From the IMG/VR virus record IMGVR_UViG_3300042482_001698, positions 1 through 64,000 of that record: a DNA stretch of 64,000 bases. One strand, written 5' to 3'. The notes beneath the pieces are model-generated. The model was not told the DNA's origin. It did not search any database and was given only the letters and a program-made list of their open reading frames with translations. The DNA comes from a virus. Shown here one piece after another: positions 1-9,113 of this stretch. The position numbers and the translations under genes are program-made. Positions within the stretch are counted from its first letter, which is position 1. Each line of letters opens with the position of its first letter.

Positions 1-1
1 A

Positions 2-373
2 TGGCAGAGGGAGAAATACGATTTTTGTTTAATTATTCCGATGGAATTGTGGACTACTATTTTGAAGGTTGATCAGAGGGAGGCGTATATTGATCTTATG
101 TTGACTCGTTGTGACATGGAATATGTACCAGAAGTTATCGAGGAGAATGGGAAAAAGATTAAGCTTACGGATGAATTTGGCAGGATTCAGTACAGTAAGG
201 TTCCCAAAGAGGACAAGGAAGGAAATGTAAAATGGAAAATAGATCCTTTAAATCTTGAAGTTTTTGCCAAGAATGTTCGTAAATATGGATTATGGCAAGA
301 AGATTTGTTGATTCTCAAAGAAGCGATCTTAGCCGTTGATGGGGGAACAAGTGGGCAAGTCAAAGATAATTGA
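2..373 (+). CDS. Phage metallopeptidase-like protein, 5'-truncated, HExxH apparently lost
   Basis: Frame 2 is open from base 2 (WQREKYDFCLIIPMELW...). The C-terminal LEVFAKNVRKYGLW resembles the putative phage metallopeptidase family. DLMLTRC sits where HExxH is expected. Confidence 0.5.
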   Translation, partial: WQREKYDFCLIIPMELWTTILKVDQREAYIDLMLTRCDMEYVPEVIEENGKKIKLTDEFGRIQYSKVPKEDKEGNVKWKIDPLNLEVFAKNVRKYGLWQEDLLILKEAILAVDGGTSGQVKDN

Positions 374-770
374 ATTAATAGTTTTGGGTCTTTGGCTTAT
401 GATTGCAATAATTCTCTTTTTAAGGGTTCAATCGCCAACAACATATATTCCTTCTGGTGATAAAGAGATTAATTTGCCTATTGATAAATCTTATTCAGTT
501 AAAACCATAACAGTTGTCGATGCCAACTGTTATGATATAACTCTGATTGATAATGGTTCATCGCAGCGTATTATGGCAGAATTTCCAATAAATGCTGTGA
601 TTGATTCTAAGAAAAAACTTATAGAATTGTTTAACGATGGCACAAAACCAAGAGTTGTTTTGAAAGAAAAGAAAGATGGAAAATGGATAATTGATGCATT
701 TATTACTATTAATGGGAAAGAAATTTGTGTAGTTGAATGGATGAAGGAAAATAAATTAGTATATCAGTGA
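336..770 (+). CDS. Membrane-anchored protein, possible degenerate thermonuclease (SNase)-like fold
   Basis: N-terminal TM helix. VKTITVVDANCYDI and VVEWMKENKL loosely echo SNase motifs without the catalytic D/R residues. Confidence 0.4.
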   Translation: MMGEQVGKSKIIELIVLGLWLMIAIILFLRVQSPTTYIPSGDKEINLPIDKSYSVKTITVVDANCYDITLIDNGSSQRIMAEFPINAVIDSKKKLIELFNDGTKPRVVLKEKKDGKWIIDAFITINGKEICVVEWMKENKLVYQ

Positions 771-782
771 CTAATTTAATTT

Positions 783-980
783 ATGGAAACACCAAAAAAC
801 TTTATGATTAGATGCCACAAGTGTAGATGGGCCAGATTGTCAACGGGTTTGACATCTGACTTAACTGATTTAACAGAAATAAAAAACAATTGTTCAACAT
901 GTGGGTCTAAAAGACAATTTAAATGCCCCAAATGTGGTCTACCTGCAAAGATGGATAGAATAAAGAGAACCGATGGATGA
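783..980 (+). CDS. Small zinc-ribbon protein
   Basis: Three CxxC pairs in 65 aa; overlaps the next start. Confidence 0.7.
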   Translation: METPKNFMIRCHKCRWARLSTGLTSDLTDLTEIKNNCSTCGSKRQFKCPKCGLPAKMDRIKRTDG

Positions 981-2149
981 GACTTTTAACTTCGTGTCGT
1001 CGTAATCAGGGCGATGGTAAATTATTACCAAGAGAATTTTTGTATAATGAAATAAATTTTCGTAAATATAAATTTAATAATCGTCCAAAGCCAGAAAACA
1101 TTAATCGTATTTTAATTATAACTTGTTTTAGTGAATTTGGCTGTGAAACAATTGGTTTGATGTATTGTATTCCAATGTTGATTGCGAACAATCCTAGTGC
1201 ATATGTAATTTGTGTTGGTTGGTATGGTCGTGAGTATTTGTACAGGCACTTAGTTGATGAATTTTGGGAGATAGAAGAGAGTGCCATGTGTTTGCGAGAA
1301 TATGCAAATGCCTTTATCAATAGTTCGATTAATATTCGTCGAATAGAAAAAAGTTTAGATAAATATGGTATGCTTTTCAAAGGTGCCAGTCTTGGTTATC
1401 TTTGTGTTGGCAACACATGTGAAGTGTGCAAGAAAATGTGGGCTTCTGCCGATGTGGATAAAGGTTGTCCAATTTGTCATTCAATGAAAGTAAAAAAGGG
1501 TTTTTTGTCGGATGTGTCGAATCATAGGGAAAATGCTGTAAAAATTCCTTTTCCTTGTCAAAAAGTGCAGGAGAGGGCGAGAAAGTATCTTAAGGAAAAT
1601 TCAGTTGGTATTTTCGCCAGATCAAGAAAAGCTTATGGAAGAAATTTACCATCTGAGTTTTACATTAATCTTATCAAGAATTTGGAAAAAAAGGGATATA
1701 ATCCAATTTGGCTAGGTGAAAAGCAAAGTGTATTGCCTTGTCCTGTGGATCACATTGTAGATTTTAGCAGGATGCCAGAATCAAGGGATTTAGAATTAAC
1801 TCTTGCGATTATTTCTAATTTAAAATTTACTGTTCAGTTTTGGACTGCTTCGACAAGATTGGCGAGTATTATTGGTATTCCTTGGATATTATTTGAGACG
1901 CCTGATCAAATTGCTGGCAATGGTCAGGAAGGTAAGCGAATAGCGTTGACGACTGATAGTAATAAGAAAAAATTGATATTGGCTCATTATTTTAATGTGT
2001 TGGAAAATCAGGACAGAGCATTAAAAGTTTTAGATGAAGCGATTGATGAAATGTGTCAAAATAATTGGGATGATGTTTTGGGTTTAATTGAAGACGAAGG
2101 CATAGTGAACGACATGTTGAAAAAACAAGAAAATTGGAGGCGATTGTGA
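977..2149 (+). CDS. Glycosyltransferase-like protein (GT-B/GT9-like) with zinc-ribbon insert
   Basis: GT9-like C-terminal pattern (LAIISNLKFTV...STRLASIIGIP); CEVC...CPIC insert. Confidence 0.5.
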   Translation: MRLLTSCRRNQGDGKLLPREFLYNEINFRKYKFNNRPKPENINRILIITCFSEFGCETIGLMYCIPMLIANNPSAYVICVGWYGREYLYRHLVDEFWEIEESAMCLREYANAFINSSINIRRIEKSLDKYGMLFKGASLGYLCVGNTCEVCKKMWASADVDKGCPICHSMKVKKGFLSDVSNHRENAVKIPFPCQKVQERARKYLKENSVGIFARSRKAYGRNLPSEFYINLIKNLEKKGYNPIWLGEKQSVLPCPVDHIVDFSRMPESRDLELTLAIISNLKFTVQFWTASTRLASIIGIPWILFETPDQIAGNGQEGKRIALTTDSNKKKLILAHYFNVLENQDRALKVLDEAIDEMCQNNWDDVLGLIEDEGIVNDMLKKQENWRRL

Positions 2150-3288
2150 ATTCTGTTGCAGATTTTTTAAAACGGTCGGCAGAACGTAATGGTTTTAACA
2201 GAGATCGCTATGAAGAAAAGAGAATTCCAACTGACTTTACGAATGTTTGTATTTTACCTTTTTTTGGCGATTTAAGAAGCCTTACTATTCTTTCATCATA
2301 TATTTTACATCGATACAGGGAAGAGTATAGAGGCTCAAAATACTTCATAGTTGCTTCATGGCCCGGATTTCAAGGTTTATTTCCATATGCTGATGAGTAT
2401 TGGTCTTTGACAGATGATTCGATTATGAAAAAGTTTTATGAAAATTCCGAGGGAATGAAAAATAGGTCTGATATAAGTTTGTCTTATACTAGAAACATCA
2501 ATGAGTTTTTCAGGGATGTTATTGATGTTTCTGAAATGCAAAAATATTACAGGAATGGTTTTACCAATTTCTTTTTTGAAAAATTTAACAATGTAAAGAG
2601 ATTTTTGCCATTTGTGCCGAGTGCTTCTATTATAGGCAGAGATTTCAATAAGCTTTTGATGACAAAATCTGGTTATAAGGTTTTTATTCATCCATCAATT
2701 TATGGTAAATTTTGGCATAATGGGATTAGTGATCAGATTAAAGCCAAGCGTGAATTTTACATTGGTTTAGTTGATTATTTGGTTGAAAATAAAGTAACGC
2801 CTGTGTTGTGGCAGAATTTCTTGTCTTTTGATCTTTCTGAGGAATTGGGAGACAAGTGTATTTATTTGCGAGAGCCAGATGTGATAAAGGCTCTTGCTGC
2901 CATGCGTGCTACGGGTTGTGTTCTTGATACTTTCAATAGTATTTCTCGTTTGGCTATTTTGGCCAGATGTCCTTATTTGGTTTTGGATGAAAGATCGAGA
3001 TATGCTGGGACCAAAGAACATGAAATTGATGATTTAGGCGGATCACAATTGCCTAAGCAATATATTTTTTCATTTTCTACTATCATAAACAATGGCGATG
3101 CTGGTTTTTGGAATAAGGACACATATTCAACTATTATGAATAAGTTGGACTTATTTTTACCAGAATTAAATCGTGACAATTGGCCTTCTACGGCGGAATC
3201 GTACCAGATGACACCGTATGAAGAATATGTGCAGCCGCAGAAGAAAAAGAAGATAGGCACAAGATTCATCAAGGTAATTAAAGATTAA
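2146..3288 (+). CDS. Glycosyltransferase-like protein (GT-B/GT9-like), distant paralogue of the upstream gene
   Basis: ALAAMRATGCVLDTFNSISRLAILARCP; GTG start overlaps the previous stop. Confidence 0.45.
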   Translation: MNSVADFLKRSAERNGFNRDRYEEKRIPTDFTNVCILPFFGDLRSLTILSSYILHRYREEYRGSKYFIVASWPGFQGLFPYADEYWSLTDDSIMKKFYENSEGMKNRSDISLSYTRNINEFFRDVIDVSEMQKYYRNGFTNFFFEKFNNVKRFLPFVPSASIIGRDFNKLLMTKSGYKVFIHPSIYGKFWHNGISDQIKAKREFYIGLVDYLVENKVTPVLWQNFLSFDLSEELGDKCIYLREPDVIKALAAMRATGCVLDTFNSISRLAILARCPYLVLDERSRYAGTKEHEIDDLGGSQLPKQYIFSFSTIINNGDAGFWNKDTYSTIMNKLDLFLPELNRDNWPSTAESYQMTPYEEYVQPQKKKKIGTRFIKVIKD

Positions 3289-3299
3289 AGGAAAATAGC

Positions 3300-3587
3300 A
3301 TGGCTTGTAAGGTTGAACTTCGTGATTTGCCCTTAAATCCTAGTTGGTATGAGAGGGAAATAGCATTTAAGAAAATGTTCACAGCTTTTAAAAAGCAAGT
3401 GGCAGAGGCTGGAATTTTACATGATTATAAAGAAAGGGAGTATTATGAAACTCCCGGTCAGTTGCGTCGAAGAAAAAATCGTGAAGCTCAGAATGTTCGT
3501 CTCAAGGAAAAACTTCGTGAAAATTTTCCTGAACGAAGAAAGCCCAAAAAGAGTGATAACAAGAAGGCAAAAGCCAAAGGTGAATAA
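3300..3587 (+). CDS. rpsU: Ribosomal protein bS21
   Basis: FKKQVAEAGILHDYKEREYYETPGQLRRRK matches the bS21 signature. Confidence 0.85.
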   Translation: MACKVELRDLPLNPSWYEREIAFKKMFTAFKKQVAEAGILHDYKEREYYETPGQLRRRKNREAQNVRLKEKLRENFPERRKPKKSDNKKAKAKGE

Positions 3588-3847
3588 TGACAGCTAAGAA
3601 GGGTACGATCATGAGCCTGAGTGTTGATCCAGACATTCAGGAGAAAATGAAGTTAGTTGCAAAGAAAAGAAATATTAGTGTTTCTAAATTAATCAGGGAT
3701 TTGGTTGAAAAGAATTTACCAGAAATTGACGAAGATGTCGATGTTGTTGTATTGAAAATTCCCGTTTCTTACAGGTCTAATCCTGATACACTGAAGCAGT
3801 GGCTTGGTTTGAGGATAGATGCTATTATAAAGGCATTGACTAGCTAA
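3587..3847 (+). CDS. Ribbon-helix-helix DNA-binding protein
   Basis: IMSLSVDPDIQEKMKLVAKKRNISVSKLIRDLVE. Confidence 0.65.
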   Translation: MTAKKGTIMSLSVDPDIQEKMKLVAKKRNISVSKLIRDLVEKNLPEIDEDVDVVVLKIPVSYRSNPDTLKQWLGLRIDAIIKALTS

Positions 3848-4347
3848 TGATTAATATTAATGAACCGCTGAAGATTGTTGCTGAAAGTCAGATTCCAAAG
3901 GCAGAAAACATGCCTATTGATAATCTCATGAATATTTTTCGTCTTTGCAATAAGATGGAAAAGATTTGTGATGAAAATATTGGGATTGGTCTTTCGGCTG
4001 TACAAATCGGCATTCCGTGGAATCTGTTCATTGTAAAAAGGGGCAGATCCTACGAATATTACGTTAATTGCGAATACTCAGGATTGGGTGCTACAAGAAG
4101 GTCAATCGAAGGTTGCTTGTCCATTAAGAATGAAGATGGGAGCATGAGGCGATTTGAAGTTGAGAGATTTGAGAAAATTATGTTAAAGGGCAAGCAGCTT
4201 CGAGTTTCTGGGACGCCATCTTTGGTTCTTGATGATATTAATCGAGAAGAAAATAATTTAATGGCAATAGTATTTCAGCACGAGATTGATCATGGAAAAC
4301 AAATATTAATAAGTGATATAGGCAAAGAAATTGAATTGATGGAGTGA
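3847..4347 (+). CDS. def: Peptide deformylase
   Basis: All three motifs are present: GIGLSAVQIG, EGCLS, QHEIDH. Confidence 0.93.
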   Translation: MININEPLKIVAESQIPKAENMPIDNLMNIFRLCNKMEKICDENIGIGLSAVQIGIPWNLFIVKRGRSYEYYVNCEYSGLGATRRSIEGCLSIKNEDGSMRRFEVERFEKIMLKGKQLRVSGTPSLVLDDINREENNLMAIVFQHEIDHGKQILISDIGKEIELME

Positions 4348-4351
4348 CAAA

Positions 4352-4630
4352 ATGTTGAGTTTAAAACAAATAAATGATGTTTGCTTGTCAAATGATTTAA
4401 CTTATAGGAAATGTCGTTATTTGTGTCAAGATGAAAGCGACAGGTCAAAATTTTATTGTTTAAAGTTATCTGTTAAGGGACAAAAGATTGATAGAGAAAT
4501 AGACATATATGTCGATAATTTAAAAGCCAAAGGGAAATCTATCATTCAAGACAATTTGCCTTTAGGAGACAATTGCTCTGGTTATCCTATGTTGCGATAT
4601 TTGCAGCAGGGTTATGATCAGAAGAATTAA
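4352..4630 (+). CDS. Hypothetical Cys-rich protein
   Basis: ORF in the operon; CRYL/FYCLK/DNCSGY. Confidence 0.65.
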   Translation: MLSLKQINDVCLSNDLTYRKCRYLCQDESDRSKFYCLKLSVKGQKIDREIDIYVDNLKAKGKSIIQDNLPLGDNCSGYPMLRYLQQGYDQKN

Positions 4631-5127
4631 ATTTCTTCAATTCTTTTTTTAATTAGATCGTAAACATTTTTCCCTTGATTGATTTTTATGGCACTTTTAA
4701 ATATACTTTCATTAAGTGTGGCATTGTTGAATCTAGCAATTTCTATTGCCATAACTTCGGTTGTTTTTTCGCTTTTGATTGCTCGATCACGGTAGTAAAA
4801 CAAAAACATAGCTATGACGATGATGGCGAAAACAAATATCAATGCCCCATCTCCTTGAATGATTTGAATGCCAGTATTCTCATTGCGTGAAACTGCGGCA
4901 TTTATGTTGACTAGGCCGCTTTGTATCTCTTTCAGTTTACTGTTTTGAGCAGTTATATCTTGCCTAATTTTAGCAAGTTCCAGCATTAGCCCATTTTGAT
5001 TAGTTCGTATATCCTCTATTTTACCACTTTTATTTTCAATTTTTGGATTGTTTCTTGGGTTGAAGTTAGCGCATCCTGCCAAGCTTATCGAGATTGAAGT
5101 AATTATGATGATTAAAAATTTTGACAT
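4627..5127 (-). CDS. Lipoprotein with coiled coil and C-proximal TM helix
   Basis: Lipobox LAGC, strong AGGAGG RBS, TM ALIFVFAIIVIAMFLFYY. Confidence 0.75.
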   Translation of the reverse strand: MSKFLIIIITSISISLAGCANFNPRNNPKIENKSGKIEDIRTNQNGLMLELAKIRQDITAQNSKLKEIQSGLVNINAAVSRNENTGIQIIQGDGALIFVFAIIVIAMFLFYYRDRAIKSEKTTEVMAIEIARFNNATLNESIFKSAIKINQGKNVYDLIKKRIEEI

Positions 5128-5213
5128 GATTCCTCCTTTCTATCTATTTACAATTTACTGTTTTCCACATATGCTAGTACGGTCTTGTTCAATCGCTGGA
5201 GGGATTTGGCGTT

Positions 5214-5645
5214 ATGGATTACAAGGATGTTGGGTCATTAGATTTCGATGATTTTGAGAACGACGATCTTTCGTTAAATGAAAACGATAAGATTGTTAGT
5301 GAATTTAAGTGCAATGCTAAGTCATTAGCGAAGCAGTATGTCGAGCAATTTTTCAAGGATAAATCTTTACATATTGGTGGAAAAATACCGAATAAGTTTT
5401 TGCACAATGAAAAAAGAATTTCAATGATTTTGAACTATACTGTTTGTGATGGCATAGATCATTCTATAAAAGCTTTAGCAATGACATATCCAGAAATGGC
5501 AAATGATATAAATCAAAAGGTTAGTCGTGATAGTGAGTTGATCAAAGAAGTTCTAGTTAATATTGGTAATGCTAGAATTCCGAAAGAATTTGCTGGTGGT
5601 ATTTTATGTGTTTATTTAGAACTTATTGAAGGTGTTGATTTTTGA
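5214..5645 (+). CDS. Hypothetical protein
   Basis: 143-aa ORF with RBS. Confidence 0.7.
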   Translation: MDYKDVGSLDFDDFENDDLSLNENDKIVSEFKCNAKSLAKQYVEQFFKDKSLHIGGKIPNKFLHNEKRISMILNYTVCDGIDHSIKALAMTYPEMANDINQKVSRDSELIKEVLVNIGNARIPKEFAGGILCVYLELIEGVDF

Positions 5646-5956
5646 GTCGTGATTTATTTTTGTTGGGAAGGCAGTTTGATTTTTATGAACTGCCTAAAGA
5701 AAAAAAGTACCTCCTGAATTATTTTGACACGCCAATTCAGGAGGCTTTTCTTAAATATTTTTTTGTTTTTGGAGACTATAAAAACTTCACTGATCACACG
5801 GGAAATGTAGTTCAAATGCGATGGTTGAAGGTTTTACATGAAAAATTAATTACAATTGAAAAAGCTCATAAAGAAGCTCGTGCCAATATGGATATGGCTG
5901 GTTTAGTTGATATTGAAAAAGGAAAATTAAAATTTAGTAAAAAAAGTTCTAAATAG
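5642..5956 (+). CDS. Hypothetical protein
   Basis: TTG start overlapping the previous stop. Confidence 0.7.
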   Translation: MSRDLFLLGRQFDFYELPKEKKYLLNYFDTPIQEAFLKYFFVFGDYKNFTDHTGNVVQMRWLKVLHEKLITIEKAHKEARANMDMAGLVDIEKGKLKFSKKSSK

Positions 5957-5959
5957 TAC

Positions 5960-6190
5960 ATGGCACTTTTATCATTTAAAGACTGGCGCAAAAAAATCTC
6001 AGAGGCTAGTCCCACGACTCGTCTTAGGGCAGGGATAATGATGGGTAACTATCCCATGTCTGCTGGCGTAGCAATGTCACGGTCTACTCCTAACCCTGAA
6101 TTTGTAAAAAAGGCGATTGAAGAATTTGGGACGCCTGATCATCCAAAGAAAAAGAAGAAGAAGCGTAAAAAGAAAAAAGGCAGTAGATGA
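5960..6190 (+). CDS. Small basic protein, candidate internal head protein
   Basis: N-terminus LSFKDWRKKISE/A, poly-Lys tail, TAAATA just upstream. Confidence 0.65.
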   Translation: MALLSFKDWRKKISEASPTTRLRAGIMMGNYPMSAGVAMSRSTPNPEFVKKAIEEFGTPDHPKKKKKKRKKKKGSR

Positions 6191-6717
6191 TTTTGTTTAT
6201 GGAATGGATGGATGAACTTAACGAGGCCCGTAAAAAGGGTAAGCCTCGTCATGCTCCCATTCCACATCATGATATTGAGCGTTGGCTGAAATCTGTTGAA
6301 TTACTGGCTAAGGATTTAGAGGATTTGAAAAAATCTAGAAAACAGGCTGCTGAACGGTTTGCTAAATTGGCTAAAAAGAAAAAAGAAGACGAAGAGAAAA
6401 AGAAAAAAGAAGACGAAGAGAAAAAGAAAAAAGAAAAAATAATTAAAAAATTAAAGAATGATGAAGAATCAGAAGAATCAGAAGAAGCAAAGAAAAAGTC
6501 AGATGCTTCTGACAAATTTAGGAACATTAAGAGTCAAAGACGCAAAGATGGCTCTCGAAATGAGCCTGAAGAATCAGATGTTCCTGAAAAATTTAGGAAC
6601 ATTAAGAGTCAAAGACGTAAAGATCTCTCTCGAAATGAGCCTGAAGAATCAGATGATTCACTCAAGCAAATTAAGAGTCAAAGACGCAAAGATAGGATTC
6701 CTAAAGATAAAAAATAG
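6187..6717 (+). CDS. Highly charged repeat protein, candidate internal head protein
   Basis: N-terminus MILFMEWMDELNE/A; K/E-rich with 8-aa and 25-aa repeats. Confidence 0.7.
   Translation: MILFMEWMDELNEARKKGKPRHAPIPHHDIERWLKSVELLAKDLEDLKKSRKQAAERFAKLAKKKKEDEEKKKKEDEEKKKKEKIIKKLKNDEESEESEEAKKKSDASDKFRNIKSQRRKDGSRNEPEESDVPEKFRNIKSQRRKDLSRNEPEESDDSLKQIKSQRRKDRIPKDKK
6373..6693 (+). repeat. Intragenic tandem repeats: 24 bp x2+ (KKKEDEEK) and 75 bp x~2.5 (KFRNIKSQRRKD.SRNEPEESD)
   Basis: Direct repeats visible at 6373-6430 and at 6514/6589/~6670. Confidence 0.9.
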
Positions 6718-6764
6718 ATTGATGGCTGTAAATTTGCTATAATAAATTATAGTGGGGTGTAGTC

Positions 6765-7211
6765 ATGAGCGAATTTATTGATACAAATGATTCTTTGGTT
6801 AAAGCGCAGCAAGTTAAAATTTTGAAGGAAGTACATAATGGTGTTTATGTTTTGAAAGAATTGCTAGAAACATATATCATTGTTGTTGCTACAAATAAAG
6901 ATTCAAATAAAAATTTCATTAATAGGATTAGCTGTAAAAAAGGCATTCCCATTGAGGGATATGTTTATGATGCACAATCAGATTGTTATTTTATTGAGTG
7001 TTCAGATTTTTTACATTTAGGGGTTATTCCATTTTCTTTTGTCATTAAGTCTAAAAGTAGTCAATATTGGAAGACAAATATACCGATTCCTGAATCTGTC
7101 ATTAAAAAGAATCTTACTGATTCGCAAAAAAAAGATTTGAGAAACTTTAAGAATCATTTTAAATCTGACGATTATATCATTAATTATGTACAAATGGTCA
7201 GTCCCAACTGA
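6765..7211 (+). CDS. Hypothetical protein
   Basis: 148-aa ORF. Confidence 0.7.
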   Translation: MSEFIDTNDSLVKAQQVKILKEVHNGVYVLKELLETYIIVVATNKDSNKNFINRISCKKGIPIEGYVYDAQSDCYFIECSDFLHLGVIPFSFVIKSKSSQYWKTNIPIPESVIKKNLTDSQKKDLRNFKNHFKSDDYIINYVQMVSPN

Positions 7212-7663
7212 TGAGTCAAATTAAAAAGAAAAAATATTGGTCACAGATTGAAAGTCATGACTATTGGATGGGAATGGCTTTCATGTATGCCATTAAATCA
7301 CGCACAGGAAATGCTAGTTTGATTATTGATGCATCTGGTAAAATGACTTCTTATGGTTTAGAGTCGCCTCCTTATATTTCTTCTTCGCAAAATTCTGTTG
7401 TAATTCCAAGTGAAATCAATGCAGTTTTGAATAATAAATCGGAATTAATTGATGGAACCATATATTCGACAAGTCCGCCAACATATGAGGCAGTTTTGAC
7501 AATTATCGCAAACTCTGGATTTAAAAAAATATATTATTATCCAAAATGCGATATAGATTCACGTTCAGTAGAGGCAATAAAGTCTGTTTTTATTGATATC
7601 GAAGAATATAAGTGTAATTTGAATTGGATTAGAGATTATTTTATGTGTTTAGAACATAAATAA
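7211..7663 (+). CDS. dCMP deaminase-like protein lacking Zn ligands
   Basis: DYWMGMAF..AIKS...SEINAVLN...GTIYSTSPP...GFKKIYY; HAE is replaced by PSE and PCxxC by PTYEA. Confidence 0.7.
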   Translation: MSQIKKKKYWSQIESHDYWMGMAFMYAIKSRTGNASLIIDASGKMTSYGLESPPYISSSQNSVVIPSEINAVLNNKSELIDGTIYSTSPPTYEAVLTIIANSGFKKIYYYPKCDIDSRSVEAIKSVFIDIEEYKCNLNWIRDYFMCLEHK

Positions 7664-7667
7664 TTTT

Positions 7668-8492
7668 ATGGCATGTTCATCTACAGGAATCGGTTGTAGT
7701 TCTCCTCCTTCTGGCTGTCCAGACGAATATGGATGTATTGGTGGGTTATGCCCAGATTTTACTATTCGTAGACACGATACTAAGCCAGCATTTAAGGTTA
7801 AAATAGAAGATTGTGATGGTCCTTTGGATTTAACTGATCTTGTCTTAGAAGCCACTATGTGGGCCAAGGGCAAGATCAAAGTTAACCTAGATCAGGACGA
7901 CACTGTTATTGGCTTTGCTGATAACATTGGATTTGGTCAGATTATGGTTGGTGATGTTATTATTATGAATCAGGCTAGATTGCCTGAAAAAATGTTGGTT
8001 CTTGGTTTTGATGAAGTGAATAAATTGATTAATGTGCAGCGAGGCTATCATGGAACGCCTATTCAAACTTGGAAACGTGGCACAATTGTAAGAATCATAA
8101 AATTTTCTAATGCTGTAGCAACAAGTGAAATGGTTTATCAAGATATAATTAATATCGATGGCACTACTTCAAAAGATGTTTTGGTCAACAGTTATTTTGT
8201 TTATGAGTGGTCGTCTGGTGATACTTGTTTGCCCGGATGTTATTATTTGGAATTTAAGTTGTTGAAAATGGTTGTTGCTCCAATGTTAGCGATACAGTCA
8301 ACTGTGCCAAGCAATCAAATTCCAAGTAATTTATTGCCAGATGATATTGTTCCAAGTTTTACTGATTCGAGTTTAATACCATCAAATTTCTCTTGTGGAA
8401 TGGATGCGGCGATAGAATGGGTTAGAAGGTTCCCAGTTGATTCAGAAGGTTTTTATATTAAAATAGTTGATTCAATTACAATTGATGATTGA
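7668..8492 (+). CDS. Probable virion structural protein (baseplate/BppU-N-like)
   Basis: FTIRRHDTKP...YEWSSGDT..PGCYYLEFKL; TAAATA upstream. Confidence 0.5.
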   Translation: MACSSTGIGCSSPPSGCPDEYGCIGGLCPDFTIRRHDTKPAFKVKIEDCDGPLDLTDLVLEATMWAKGKIKVNLDQDDTVIGFADNIGFGQIMVGDVIIMNQARLPEKMLVLGFDEVNKLINVQRGYHGTPIQTWKRGTIVRIIKFSNAVATSEMVYQDIINIDGTTSKDVLVNSYFVYEWSSGDTCLPGCYYLEFKLLKMVVAPMLAIQSTVPSNQIPSNLLPDDIVPSFTDSSLIPSNFSCGMDAAIEWVRRFPVDSEGFYIKIVDSITIDD

Positions 8493-8558
8493 CACGGCTT
8501 ATTATTGGTAGTATTTTTCTATAGGTTTATTTTTGTGGGGGCTAACAGGTTTCAAACG

Positions 8559-9113
8559 ATGAATATGAATAATGGAAATAAGTTCAACAAGGAAAGTCGT
8601 GATGATCAAAACAGAATTAATTGGCAGATAAGAGTACCACAAGTCAGAGTTGTCCATGACGATGAACAGCTTGGCATAATGTCAACAGAACAGGCAAGAA
8701 AAATTGCAATGGATCAAGGTCTTGATCTTGTTGAAATCGCTTCAACTGCAAAGCCACCAGTTTGTAGAATAATGGATTACGGTCGTTATAAATACGAACA
8801 AAACTTAAAGAAAAAAGAAACTGCTAAAAAACAAAGAGAATCACAGGCTCAAATAAAAGAAATTAGATTGCGTCCTGCAATTGCCAATCATGATGTAGAA
8901 ACAAAAGTCAATCAAGCCAAAAAGTTTTTAGAAGAAGGATGTAAAGTTCAATTTAATCTTCAATTTAAAGGTTATCGTGAATTAGGCCATAAAGAGCAAG
9001 GTTTTAGCGTGATGAAAAAGATCGTTGAACTCGTAGAGCAGTTTGGTATTGTTGAAAAGCAACCAACTATGGAAGGCAATAGAATTATATGCTTTTTTAC
9101 GCCCAAGGCCTGA
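8559..9113 (+). CDS. infC: Translation initiation factor IF-3
   Basis: RINWQIRVPQVRVV, LDLVEIA, PPVCRIMDYGRYKYE, IKEIRLRP; both domains present. Confidence 0.96.
   Translation: MNMNNGNKFNKESRDDQNRINWQIRVPQVRVVHDDEQLGIMSTEQARKIAMDQGLDLVEIASTAKPPVCRIMDYGRYKYEQNLKKKETAKKQRESQAQIKEIRLRPAIANHDVETKVNQAKKFLEEGCKVQFNLQFKGYRELGHKEQGFSVMKKIVELVEQFGIVEKQPTMEGNRIICFFTPKA

Noticed and set aside
6458-6742. Alternative-frame ORF over the repeat protein
   Set aside because: It arises from the low-complexity 75-bp repeat; the 6187-6717 frame has the coupled start and leader motif.
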